NCBI GenBank assembly: GCA_036522675.1
Contig: DATDFJ010000128.1
Span: 1 to 60,536, forward strand
Reading direction: 5' to 3'
Length of the DNA: 60,536 bases
From: Chthoniobacterales bacterium
GTDB taxonomy: Bacteria; Verrucomicrobiota; Verrucomicrobiia; Chthoniobacterales; UBA10450
The notes beneath the pieces are model-generated. The model was given only the letters and a program-made list of their open reading frames with translations, searched no databases and was not told the origin of the DNA. Below, one piece after another: positions 26,721-35,568 of this stretch. The translations under genes were made by a program, and so were the position numbers. The stretch's first letter is position 1. The number at the start of each line of letters is the position of its first letter.

Positions 26721-28616
26721 ATGTGCGGCATCGTAGGACTCTATCGCTGGCCCGGACGCTCCGAGGCGGTCGCGGCGCGGCTCGCCGAGATGTGCCGGAC
26801 GATCGTCCACCGCGGTCCCGACGATCAGGGCACGTTCATCGACGGCGATATCGCGCTCGGGATGCGCCGGCTTAGCATCATCGACGTCGCCGGCGGCCGG
26901 CAGCCGATCGAAAACGAGGACGGCACGGTCAAGATCGTCTTCAACGGCGAAATTTACAACTACCGGGATTTGCGCGGCGAGCTGGCGGCGCGCGGCCATC
27001 GCTTCGCCACGCGCACGGACACGGAGACGATCGTTCACGCGTACGAGGAGCACGGCGTCGACTGCGTCGAGCGGCTGAACGGCATCTTCGCCTTCGCCCT
27101 GTGGGACGCATCCAGGCGGCGTCTCTTCGTCGCGCGCGACCGTATGGGCGTCAAGCCGCTCTACTACGCCGAAACGCTACGCGGGCTCGCCTTCGCGTCC
27201 GAAATCAAGGCGCTGCTGACGCTGCCGGAGATCTCCGCGACGCTCGATGTCTCGGCTGCGGCGGAGTTCTTTCGCCTCGGCTTCGTGCCGCCGCCGCGCA
27301 CGCTTTTTCAAGGAATCCGCAAGCTGCCGCCCGGCCATCGGCTGATCGCGCAGGACGGCGCCGTAAAAATCGAGCGTTACTGGGATCTCGAGTTCGCCGA
27401 GCCGTCGGCGCCGGCGAGCTTCGAGGAGTGCCGCGACGAGCTGCGGGAAATTTTGCGGCAAGCCGTCGCGGATCAGATGGTGAGCGACGTCCCGCTCGGC
27501 GCGTTTTTGAGCGGCGGCGTCGATTCGAGCGCTGTCGTCGCCTTTATGAAGCAGGCGGCGGGGAACGGCGTCCGCACGTTCACGATCGGCTTCGATTCGA
27601 AGCTGCACGCGTATCATAACGAAGCGCCGTACGCCGAGGCGGTCGCGAAAGAGCTCGGCACGCAGCATCAGACGCTCATCGTCCGCCCGCGCGTCGTCGA
27701 TCTCATGCCGGCGCTCATCGAGAAGCTCGACGAGCCGCTTACCGACACGTCGTTTCTGGTCACTTATCTAATTTCTGAGCTCGCGCACCGCGACGTGAAA
27801 GTCGCGCTCTCGGGCGTCGGCGGCGACGAGCTGTTCGGCGGCTACCGCCGCTATCTCGCGCCGGCGATACAAAAAGCCTCAGCCTGGATTCCGGGGGGTC
27901 TCCGCCGCGCGCTCGGCGAGCGCCTCGCGGCCCTGCCCGCAGATCGCGGGTCCGTCATCGGGAATCTCGGCCGCTACGCCAAGGCATGGGGGCGCAGCCT
28001 CCATCTTCCGCTCGGCCGTCAGTATCTGGATCTCGTCTCGGCGCTGCCCGCGGCCCAGGTTGCGACACTGCTTCGCGCCGACTTCGGCTCGCGCGATCCC
28101 GGCGAAGCGCTGGTCGAATGGTTCGACCAAGCCGGTTCAGCCGATGCTCTCGACCGGTTGCTTTACGTCGACGCCAAGTCGGCGCTACCGGAGAGCTTGC
28201 TGCTGTTGACGGATAAAATGGGCATGGCCACTTCCCTGGAAATTCGCGTGCCGCTGCTCGACAACCGCGTCGTCGATTTCGTCCGCCGCGTGCCGGGCGA
28301 CTACCGCCTGCGCAGCTTCAGCCTGAAGCGTTTGCTCAAGGCGGCGGTGAAAGGCGTCGTTCCCGATTTCGTGCTGACGCGATCGAAGCGCGGTTTCGGA
28401 ACGCCGATGGGCACGTGGCTCCGCGGCGATCTTCGGCCGATGATCGACGATTTGCTGAGCGAGGAGAGGCTCACGCGCGGCGGTCTGTTCGACGCGCGCG
28501 CCGTCAAGGATATCGTCGCCGCGCACAATGCCGGCCGGGAGGACTTTACCGAGGCGATCACGGCGCTATTGACGTTCGAGATATGGCGCGAACGATTCGG
28601 GGTGGCGCTGCCATGA
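26721..28616 (+). CDS. Asparagine-synthase-family glutamine amidotransferase (AsnB-like, copy 1)
   Basis: MCGIVG N-terminal nucleophile Cys, the SGGVDSS PP-loop, 631 aa. Confidence 0.9.
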   Translation: MCGIVGLYRWPGRSEAVAARLAEMCRTIVHRGPDDQGTFIDGDIALGMRRLSIIDVAGGRQPIENEDGTVKIVFNGEIYNYRDLRGELAARGHRFATRTDTETIVHAYEEHGVDCVERLNGIFAFALWDASRRRLFVARDRMGVKPLYYAETLRGLAFASEIKALLTLPEISATLDVSAAAEFFRLGFVPPPRTLFQGIRKLPPGHRLIAQDGAVKIERYWDLEFAEPSAPASFEECRDELREILRQAVADQMVSDVPLGAFLSGGVDSSAVVAFMKQAAGNGVRTFTIGFDSKLHAYHNEAPYAEAVAKELGTQHQTLIVRPRVVDLMPALIEKLDEPLTDTSFLVTYLISELAHRDVKVALSGVGGDELFGGYRRYLAPAIQKASAWIPGGLRRALGERLAALPADRGSVIGNLGRYAKAWGRSLHLPLGRQYLDLVSALPAAQVATLLRADFGSRDPGEALVEWFDQAGSADALDRLLYVDAKSALPESLLLLTDKMGMATSLEIRVPLLDNRVVDFVRRVPGDYRLRSFSLKRLLKAAVKGVVPDFVLTRSKRGFGTPMGTWLRGDLRPMIDDLLSEERLTRGGLFDARAVKDIVAAHNAGREDFTEAITALLTFEIWRERFGVALP

Positions 28617-29779
28617 TGTCTGCGTTCGCTACGCTCGCGTGGACGGCGCTCGCCGTCCTGCTCTACGTGTATATCGTTTATCCGGCGCTGCTCGCGCTGC
28701 TCGCGCGCTTCCGAACCCGTGTCGTGACGCGGAAAAATATCGCTCCGTCCGTCACGCTGATCATCTCCGCGTACAACGAAGAGCGGACGATAGAAAAAAA
28801 GCTGCGCAACACGGTCGCGCTCGACTACCCTAAAGAGCAGCTCGAGATCCTGGTCGTGTCCGACGCCTCGACCGATAAAACCGACGAGATCGTCGCCGGC
28901 TTCGCCGGGCAGGGCGTGAAGCTTCTGCGCCAGGCGCGACGCCAGGGAAAGACCGCCGGGCTCAACGCCGCCGTCCGCGCCGCGCGCGGCGACGTGCTCG
29001 TGTTTAGCGACGCCAACATCCTTTACCGCACCGATGCCGTCGGGCGGTTGGTCCAAAGTTTCGCGGATCCGTCGGTCGGATGCGTCACGGGCGACTCACG
29101 TTACGATGAAGACGAGGTCTCACAGGCGCACGCTCAGGAAAACGCCTATTGGGGTTATGAGCGGTTCATCCGTGCGATGGAAAGCCGCCTTGGCAGCACG
29201 GTGGGCGGGGACGGCGCGATCTTCGCGATCCGCCGCGGCCTCTATACGCCGCTCGCGGCCGATGCCATCAATGATCTAATGACGCCGTTGCAGATCGTTC
29301 TCGGCGGACACCGGGCGGTATTCGAGCCGGAGGCCGTCGGCTTCGAGCCGACCGCCGGCGATTTCCGCGGTGAGTTCCGCCGCAAACGACGCATCGTCAA
29401 TCGCAGCTGGCACGCGGTGATGAGTGTACCGCAGGCGCTGAGCATTCCTCGAATGGGATGCTTTGCCTGGCAGGTGTGGTCGCACAAGGTCTTGCGCTGG
29501 CTCGCTCTGCCGCTCGTCTTGCTCGGCGCGCTCGGCTGCATATTTGCGGCGCCGCTCGGGCTCGTTTATCGGCTTGGCGCATGGGGTTTTGCCGCAAGTG
29601 TGGCGCTCGCGCTGTTCGGCGCGATTATTCCCGAGAGCGCCGGCCGCTGGTCTCGGCTCCCGCACACGGCTCTATACTTCTATCTGGTCAACGTCGCGGC
29701 TCTGCTGGGCATCATCAGCGCGATGGCGGGACGCGTGGAGACGTTCTGGACGCCGGAACGAGAGAAGGCGCGCACATGA
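28613..29779 (+). CDS. Membrane-embedded family-2 glycosyltransferase (synthase-like topology)
   Basis: An N-terminal TM segment is followed by VTLIISAYNEERTIEKKL...ILVVSDASTDKTDEIV...VFSDANILY. The C-terminus has several TM segments. The ATG at 28613 forms an ATGA overlap with the AsnB-like stop; the listed 28415 start is an in-frame read-through of the upstream gene. Confidence 0.8.
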   Translation: MMSAFATLAWTALAVLLYVYIVYPALLALLARFRTRVVTRKNIAPSVTLIISAYNEERTIEKKLRNTVALDYPKEQLEILVVSDASTDKTDEIVAGFAGQGVKLLRQARRQGKTAGLNAAVRAARGDVLVFSDANILYRTDAVGRLVQSFADPSVGCVTGDSRYDEDEVSQAHAQENAYWGYERFIRAMESRLGSTVGGDGAIFAIRRGLYTPLAADAINDLMTPLQIVLGGHRAVFEPEAVGFEPTAGDFRGEFRRKRRIVNRSWHAVMSVPQALSIPRMGCFAWQVWSHKVLRWLALPLVLLGALGCIFAAPLGLVYRLGAWGFAASVALALFGAIIPESAGRWSRLPHTALYFYLVNVAALLGIISAMAGRVETFWTPEREKART

Positions 29780-31014
29780 GTGGGCAAGTAAATCTTCGGA
29801 CGCGTATATCGGCGGCGCTGCCGCCGGGATTCCGTCGGGTGGCGAGCGGCGTTGAGGATGCCGTGGCATCCCGGCTGTACGTCCCCGCTCACTTGAGATT
29901 CTGGCTCCGCGACGCGGCGCTGTCTGGAGCGAGTGTGGCGCCGCGCAGTGTTTGCGAGCGCGCGCTCGTCGATTGGCTCAAGCGAGCACAGGACGCCGCC
30001 GATGGCGGCGGCGTCGCCGCATACTACGACTTTAACGACGGCTGGAGCGCCGGATATCCCGAAACGACAGGCTACATCATCGTGACCGCACTGCAAGCGG
30101 CGGCACGCCTCGACGATTTCGACCTGAAGGAGCGCGCGCGCCGCATGGCCGATTGGGAGCTCGGTATTCAACTGCCCGAAGGTGCTTGGCAGGGCGGTGT
30201 CGTGAGCGCGCCGCGCATTCCGTCGGTCTTCAATACCGGACAGATCGTTCAAGGCATGGTCGCAGCCGCCTCCGCTTTCGGCAATCAATCCTATCTCGAC
30301 GCTGCGGCGAAAGCCGGCCGCTGGCTCGGCCTTCAACAGGATACCGACGGCGCATGGCGCCGCTACACGTATAACGATTTTCCCAACGCGTATTCGACGC
30401 GCGTCGCTTGGCCGCTGATCTCACTGGCGGACGCCGCCGGAGAGCCTGAATTCCGGCGCACCGCGGTCCGTTATCTCGAATGGGCGGCGCGCTGCCAGGA
30501 TGAAAGCGGCTGGTTCTCTAACTGCACACTCGAGCCCGGCACCGACGCGCTGACGCATACGCTAGCCTATACGATCGAGGGCTTCATCGAAGCGGGCGTG
30601 TTGCTGCGCGACGAGCGCTGGATTACGATCGGCCGCCGCGCAGCGGACGTGCTGCTGCGGCGACATGAGCTGCGCGGTCGTCTGGCGGGCGCGTACGCCT
30701 CTGGCTGGCGCGGCGATTTTTCCTACAACTGCGTCACCGGGTCCGCTCAGATGGGCCGTATCTGGGGACGGTTGTTCTCGCTCACCGACGACGCGCGCTA
30801 TCTCAACGCTGCGCTCAAGATCAACGATTACGTCTCCGGTCTCGTCGATCTCGCCTCTGTGCACGAAGGGCTTCGCGGCGGGCTCAAGGGCTCGGACCCT
30901 GTCTGGGGTCCCTACATGCGATTTCGCATGCCCAGCTGGGCGGCGAAGTTCGCCCTGGATTCCTTTTTTCACGAAGCCGACGGCTTGGCGCGTCTGGAAG
31001 AAAACAATCGATGA
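29776..31014 (+). CDS. Hypothetical alpha/alpha-toroid-like protein (prenyltransferase/terpene-cyclase-like or glycan-epimerase/lyase-like repeats)
   Basis: 412 aa from the ATG at 29776 (ATGA overlap). It has repeated helical W/G-rich segments (GGVAAYYDFNDGWSAGYPETTGYII, LPEGAWQGG, DTDGAWRRY, DESGWFSN). I recognise no catalytic motif. Confidence 0.4.
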   Translation: MSGQVNLRTRISAALPPGFRRVASGVEDAVASRLYVPAHLRFWLRDAALSGASVAPRSVCERALVDWLKRAQDAADGGGVAAYYDFNDGWSAGYPETTGYIIVTALQAAARLDDFDLKERARRMADWELGIQLPEGAWQGGVVSAPRIPSVFNTGQIVQGMVAAASAFGNQSYLDAAAKAGRWLGLQQDTDGAWRRYTYNDFPNAYSTRVAWPLISLADAAGEPEFRRTAVRYLEWAARCQDESGWFSNCTLEPGTDALTHTLAYTIEGFIEAGVLLRDERWITIGRRAADVLLRRHELRGRLAGAYASGWRGDFSYNCVTGSAQMGRIWGRLFSLTDDARYLNAALKINDYVSGLVDLASVHEGLRGGLKGSDPVWGPYMRFRMPSWAAKFALDSFFHEADGLARLEENNR

Positions 31015-31796
31015 ACGTCACGATTCTTTGCCGTTACCTGAACAGCGACTATGCGCGCGCGGTTCTGCGCGCGTTGAACGCAAGCGGGATGACAGGCGTC
31101 AACGTCGTCGCGGCCGAAGCCGTCACGCCGAGAAATCTCGACGCGCTTTGGCGCACGCACGGCTGGCGGCTTCCGCTGGTCGCCGCACGCCACCTGCTGC
31201 TGCCGCTGAGAGGAGCGGCGCGCCGCGCCGTGAGCAAGAACGGCGCAGCCGCCGGGCCGACGCTCCAATCCGAAACCATCGCCCAGGGTGGTCGGTTCAT
31301 CGCCGTCGAAGAGATAAACGGCGAAGCTTCATGCAAGGCGCTGCGCGAGCTCGCCACCGATCTCACGATCCTTGCGGGTACGCCGATCATCCGTCCGCCG
31401 GTGCTCGAAGTGCCGCGCATCGGGACACTCAACGCGCATCAGGGCGAGCTGCCGCGGTTTCGCGGCATGAACGTCATCGAATGGTCGATCTTCGAAGGGG
31501 CCGCTCCGACGATCACGATTCACTTCGTCGACCCTGGCGTCGATACCGGCGACATCGTCGCCGAAGAGCGGATCCCGCTGCGGCCGGGCGACACGTTGAT
31601 CACCGTAAAACAGCGCGCCGGGGAGCAGCAGGTCGAGATGCTCGCGCGCGTCGCCGCGCAGGCGCTCGCCGGCACGCTGAGCCGCCGGCCGCAGCGCGTG
31701 CAGGATGGCCAGCAATATTTTATAATGCATCCGAAGCTCCGGACGATCGCCGAGAAGCGGCTCCAGCAGCGGCTGCGTAGGCCGGCAGGGGCGTAG
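31011..31796 (+). CDS. Formyltransferase-family protein (Fmt/PurN/ArnA-N-like)
   Basis: LNAHQGELPRFRGMNVIEWSI (Asn-x-His) and HFVDPGVDTGDIV (Asp) give the N-H-D triad of formyltransferases. ATGA overlap start. Confidence 0.75.
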   Translation: MNVTILCRYLNSDYARAVLRALNASGMTGVNVVAAEAVTPRNLDALWRTHGWRLPLVAARHLLLPLRGAARRAVSKNGAAAGPTLQSETIAQGGRFIAVEEINGEASCKALRELATDLTILAGTPIIRPPVLEVPRIGTLNAHQGELPRFRGMNVIEWSIFEGAAPTITIHFVDPGVDTGDIVAEERIPLRPGDTLITVKQRAGEQQVEMLARVAAQALAGTLSRRPQRVQDGQQYFIMHPKLRTIAEKRLQQRLRRPAGA

Positions 31797-31805
31797 CATT
31801 TCTGC

Positions 31806-32351
31806 ATGAACGCAGAGCCGGAGAAATTTCGCGTAGCTGTCAAGGCCGACATCGCGCGTCTGCGCGAAGACGGCCCGGGCCTTCGGCCGCTCATCCGCGG
31901 CCTGTTGTCGCAGGGATTTCAGGCGCTGTTCATCTATCGCGTCTTTCGCTGGTTTCACGAGCGCAACATTCCCACGCAGCCTGTGCGATTCGTCTTCGAG
32001 CGATTTATCGAGATCACGACCGGAATTTCGATTCCTGTCGAGGCGCGGATCGGCAAGGGACTGAGAATTCATCATTTCGGCGGCATTGTCATTCACCCCG
32101 CCGCGGCGCTCGGCGAGGAGTGCACGATTTATCACGGCGTTACGCTGGGCGATCTCGGGATGCACGGCGGCGCGCCGCGCGTCGGCGATCGCGTCGTCAT
32201 CGGCGCCGGCGCGAAGATCATCGGCGAGATCGAAATCGGCGACGATAGCCGCATCGGCGCCAACGCCGTCGTTGTGCGTTCCGTCCCGCCGGGTAGCATT
32301 GCCGTCGGCGTGCCCGCGGTCGTGAAAAATTGTTCACGCGTGGATTTATAG
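31806..32351 (+). CDS. Hexapeptide-repeat O-acetyltransferase, serine acetyltransferase (CysE/EpsC)-like
   Basis: A left-handed beta-helix repeat run: IGKGLRIHHFGGIVIHPAAALGEECTIYHGVTLG...VGDRVVIGAGAKIIGEIEIGDDSRIGANAVVV. Confidence 0.8.
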   Translation: MNAEPEKFRVAVKADIARLREDGPGLRPLIRGLLSQGFQALFIYRVFRWFHERNIPTQPVRFVFERFIEITTGISIPVEARIGKGLRIHHFGGIVIHPAAALGEECTIYHGVTLGDLGMHGGAPRVGDRVVIGAGAKIIGEIEIGDDSRIGANAVVVRSVPPGSIAVGVPAVVKNCSRVDL

Positions 32352-32359
32352 GGGAATTG

Positions 32360-33136
32360 ATGACAACAGAAAAAACATCGATGCAAAGCAAGCACGAAAT
32401 CGAGCGGACATTTCACGACCATAAAGCGACATCAGACTACGGTTCGGATCCGCATAATTTTTACTCCGCCGGCGGGCTGAACATGATGTGGCGCTCGTAT
32501 CTGACCGCTGTCGGCGATCTTCATGGCAAGCACATTCTTGATTTCGGCTGTGGCGAAGGGTGGAGCAGCGTTGAATACGCCAAGCGCGGAGCAATCGTTC
32601 ACTCCTTCGATCTTTCACCGGAGAGCGTGCGGAATCTAATGCAGCAAGCCAAACGCGACGGCATCGCCGAGCGAATACATCCTGCCGTGATGGCGGCTGA
32701 ATGTTTAGCTTATCCCGACAACACCTTCGATTTGGTCCTTGGGGTCGCGATCCTGCATCACACGGATCCCATTTCTGCAGGGACGGAAGTTTCGCGCGTC
32801 TTGAAGCCCGGAGGTAGAGCTCTGTTCATTGAGCCGCTGTCTCATAATATTTTTTTGAAACTGTTTCGATGGCTGACGCCTAACCGACGCACTCCAACGG
32901 AACAGCCGATGAGCGTTCAGCAAATATCGGAATTCGGACGGTTTTTCAACCGCGCAGGATATCGCGGTTGCTACTTCTTATCGATATTTCCGCAGGGTCT
33001 CCTGTGGGCCACGGGCAATCGGAGCTTATTTCGTTGGTCTTTGGGCGCAACCGAGCTTGTCGACGGATGGCTTTTGAAAAGCTTTGCGTTTCTGAACCGA
33101 TACTGTTGGTCGTCGATCATCGAAGTAGAGAAATAA
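32360..33136 (+). CDS. Class I SAM-dependent methyltransferase
   Basis: Motif I ILDFGCGEGWSSVEYAKRGAIVHSFDLS and motif II/III DLVLGVAILHH. Start at the ATG at 32360. Confidence 0.8.
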   Translation: MTTEKTSMQSKHEIERTFHDHKATSDYGSDPHNFYSAGGLNMMWRSYLTAVGDLHGKHILDFGCGEGWSSVEYAKRGAIVHSFDLSPESVRNLMQQAKRDGIAERIHPAVMAAECLAYPDNTFDLVLGVAILHHTDPISAGTEVSRVLKPGGRALFIEPLSHNIFLKLFRWLTPNRRTPTEQPMSVQQISEFGRFFNRAGYRGCYFLSIFPQGLLWATGNRSLFRWSLGATELVDGWLLKSFAFLNRYCWSSIIEVEK

Positions 33137-33139
33137 TCG

Positions 33140-34147
33140 ATGGACGAAGTGTTCCCGCGAAAGAATCCAACTTCGGAGATCCCGATTAGGGTTTCCGTCG
33201 TCATCCCTGCGCGCAACGAGGAGATCCATGTAGGCGATCTTTTGGCCTCGCTCGAAGCGCTTGATTTCTCTCGCGAGCATTTAGAAATCATCGTGGTGAA
33301 CCACGACTCCAACGACGGTACGAGCGCGATCGCGCGAAAGGCGGGCGCGCGAGTTGTGGACAAGCATGGTGGCTCAATAGCCAGCGCGCGCAATGCCGGC
33401 GCACGTCAAGCAGCTGGCGACGTCATTGCATTTATCGATGCGGACTGCACCGTGGCGAAAGATTGGCTCAACGTTGCGTTGCCGCATTTTTCCGATCCAC
33501 GAGTCGGCGCGGTCGGAAGGAGCTGGCCGCTGGTGCCCGCCGAACCCTCGACATGGGCGCGGAGCATCCTCCGTAAGCAAGCCGAAATTCAGGCAGGATC
33601 GTCGCGCGGTCGCTGGCTCTCCTCCGGCAACATGTTGGTGCGCAGGCACGTGTTTTTCGAGGTCGGCGAGTTTGACGAAGCACTAGGGACGTGCGAAGAC
33701 GTCGATCTCTCCTATCGAATCGCAAGCAAGTACCTCATCATCGAGGATCTGAAAATACGCTGGTGGCATCACGGCGAGCCAAGGACTTTCTGGCAGCTGT
33801 TTCGGAAGGAGCTGTGGAGGGGGCGCGACGGCCTGCTCGGAGTGGCCCGCCACGGTTTTCGTCTTGACGAGATGCCCAGCCTTATTTTGCCATTGTATTT
33901 TTTGCTAACGCTGGCGCTGTTTCTCTCAAGCCTGCTGGTCGTAAGCTTCGGGCGATGGCAATTGCCTCTAGCGGCATGCGCGGGCGCCGCGTTTTTTATT
34001 CCATTGTTTTTATTGGCCGCATTCCGGAGCCTGCGGACAGGAGGGCTTCGCTATGTGGGTCATTTTACTGTTTTTTATGCGGTTTATTTTTTAGCGCGTG
34101 GCTTCAGTCCGTTTTACGCGTGGCCGAATATCAAACGGCAGAGTTAG
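33140..34147 (+). CDS. Family-2 glycosyltransferase with C-terminal TM segments (polyprenyl-phosphate glycosyltransferase-like topology)
   Basis: VSVVIPARNEEIHVGDLL...IIVVNHDSNDGTSAIA...AFIDADC (DxD). The hydrophobic C-terminus is LILPLYFLLTLALFLSSLLVV... Confidence 0.8.
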   Translation: MDEVFPRKNPTSEIPIRVSVVIPARNEEIHVGDLLASLEALDFSREHLEIIVVNHDSNDGTSAIARKAGARVVDKHGGSIASARNAGARQAAGDVIAFIDADCTVAKDWLNVALPHFSDPRVGAVGRSWPLVPAEPSTWARSILRKQAEIQAGSSRGRWLSSGNMLVRRHVFFEVGEFDEALGTCEDVDLSYRIASKYLIIEDLKIRWWHHGEPRTFWQLFRKELWRGRDGLLGVARHGFRLDEMPSLILPLYFLLTLALFLSSLLVVSFGRWQLPLAACAGAAFFIPLFLLAAFRSLRTGGLRYVGHFTVFYAVYFLARGFSPFYAWPNIKRQS

Positions 34148-34168
34148 CGCACCGTTCAGATTCCGGGA

Positions 34169-35551
34169 TTGGCCGTGAAAAAAGTTCTGATGATCTCATA
34201 TTTTTTTCCGCCCGTCGGCGGCATAGGTACCGCTGGATCGCAGCGGACCTTGAAATTTGCGAAGTACATTCAGTCGCACGATTGGACTCCCGTCATTCTG
34301 ACGGTGCGCGAGTCGCATTACGAATCCTATTTCGAGCTCGATGCAAGTCTATTGGGGAAGGTGCCTTCAGGAATCAACATCGTGAGGACGCCGGTGATCA
34401 GGTGGCTGACAAAGCTTCTGGAGCTGAAGAATCGAGGCCGCGCGAGCATCCCGACCTCCGGTCACATCGAGAACGCGACGAACGGTAATCATTCCAATGG
34501 CGCGGCGCCGGCGTCCCGTAACCGCTATCAGAAGTTAAAAAATGCGTTTACCGATCTTTTCGAGATACCTGACGGAGAAATTGGCTGGCTCATTCCGGGA
34601 GTCATCAGCGGTTTGCGGGCGATTAGACGCGAGGGCGTGGATGTCATCTACACCAGCGGAAAGCCCTGGACCGCGCATCTTATCGGGGTCGTCCTCCGGG
34701 GCCTCACCGGCAAACCGCTCGTCACCGATTTTAGGGATCCCTGGTTGACGAATCCTTTTCGCGATCAAAGCATGAAGTTTCGAAATCGAGTAGAAGGGTA
34801 TTTAGAGCAAAAGGTAGTGTCAGAGGCGGACCTCGTGATCACGAATACCGTTCTGCTTAGAGACGAGTTTATTGCGCGTTTTCCACGTGAGGCTGAAAGC
34901 AAATTCGTGGCCTTACTCAACGGGTATGACCCGGACGACTTTCCTCGCTCGGCGGCCGGAGCCGAGGTCGGCGACGGCAAGTTCGTCCTCGTCCATTCCG
35001 GTTTTTTATACGGCAAACGGGACCCTCGCAATTTCCTCGAAGCGTTGACGCTGCTGTTACGGACCCAAAGAATACCGCGCGAGAAGATCGAAGTTCATTT
35101 CGTGGGTTCAGTCGAGCTGCCTTATAACCTGCCCGAGTTCCTGCGCGCTAACGGCCTTGAGGGGGTCGTCCATTTGGTTCCTCACGTTCCTTTTCAGCGC
35201 AGCCTTGAATATCTGTCGAGAGCGACAGCGCTTCTTTTGCTTCAGCCTGGAACGGAGACTCAGATCCCCTCGAAGCTGTTTGAATACATCGCGATGGGAA
35301 GGCCGATTCTAACGATCTCCCCGCTACACGGCGCCACGTCCAAGTTGGTCATGGAGGAGTCCTTGGGAATCGCAACGGATGCGGAGAATGTGAACGAAAT
35401 AGCTCTCGCCTTAGAGCGCTTGTATCACGATTGGAAAGGCGGCTCCCGTTTCATCGGCGGGTCCACGGCGCGAGAAAAGTTTAATGTCCGGAAGGCCGCG
35501 GAGAATTTGTCGCGCAACTTCGATCGGCTCCTCGACCGCGGCGAAAGTTAA
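34169..35551 (+). CDS. Glycosyltransferase, GT-B fold (GT4-like)
   Basis: KKVLMISYFFPPVGGIGTAGSQRTLKFAKYI N-terminus and C-terminal PSKLFEYIAMGRPILTISP. The start is uncertain (TTG 34169 or GTG 34175). Confidence 0.7.
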   Translation: MAVKKVLMISYFFPPVGGIGTAGSQRTLKFAKYIQSHDWTPVILTVRESHYESYFELDASLLGKVPSGINIVRTPVIRWLTKLLELKNRGRASIPTSGHIENATNGNHSNGAAPASRNRYQKLKNAFTDLFEIPDGEIGWLIPGVISGLRAIRREGVDVIYTSGKPWTAHLIGVVLRGLTGKPLVTDFRDPWLTNPFRDQSMKFRNRVEGYLEQKVVSEADLVITNTVLLRDEFIARFPREAESKFVALLNGYDPDDFPRSAAGAEVGDGKFVLVHSGFLYGKRDPRNFLEALTLLLRTQRIPREKIEVHFVGSVELPYNLPEFLRANGLEGVVHLVPHVPFQRSLEYLSRATALLLLQPGTETQIPSKLFEYIAMGRPILTISPLHGATSKLVMEESLGIATDAENVNEIALALERLYHDWKGGSRFIGGSTAREKFNVRKAAENLSRNFDRLLDRGES

Positions 35552-35568
35552 GTTCCTTTGCATCGATC

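Noticed and set aside
28415-28612. N-terminal extensions of listed ORFs: 28415 for the GT2, 29458 for the toroid protein, 6751 for the SGNH hydrolase and 49416 for the secreted lyase-like protein.
   Set aside because: The extensions overlap the 3-prime ends of well-supported upstream genes, or the DUF5989 ORF. Internal ATGs with RBS or ATGA coupling, followed by signal or TM sequences, give sensible N-termini.
30665-31780. A 371-aa plus-strand ORF in an alternative frame across the toroid and formyltransferase genes.
   Set aside because: Its translation is extreme Arg/Ala/Pro low-complexity sequence. The two annotated frames have coherent motifs and ATGA coupling.
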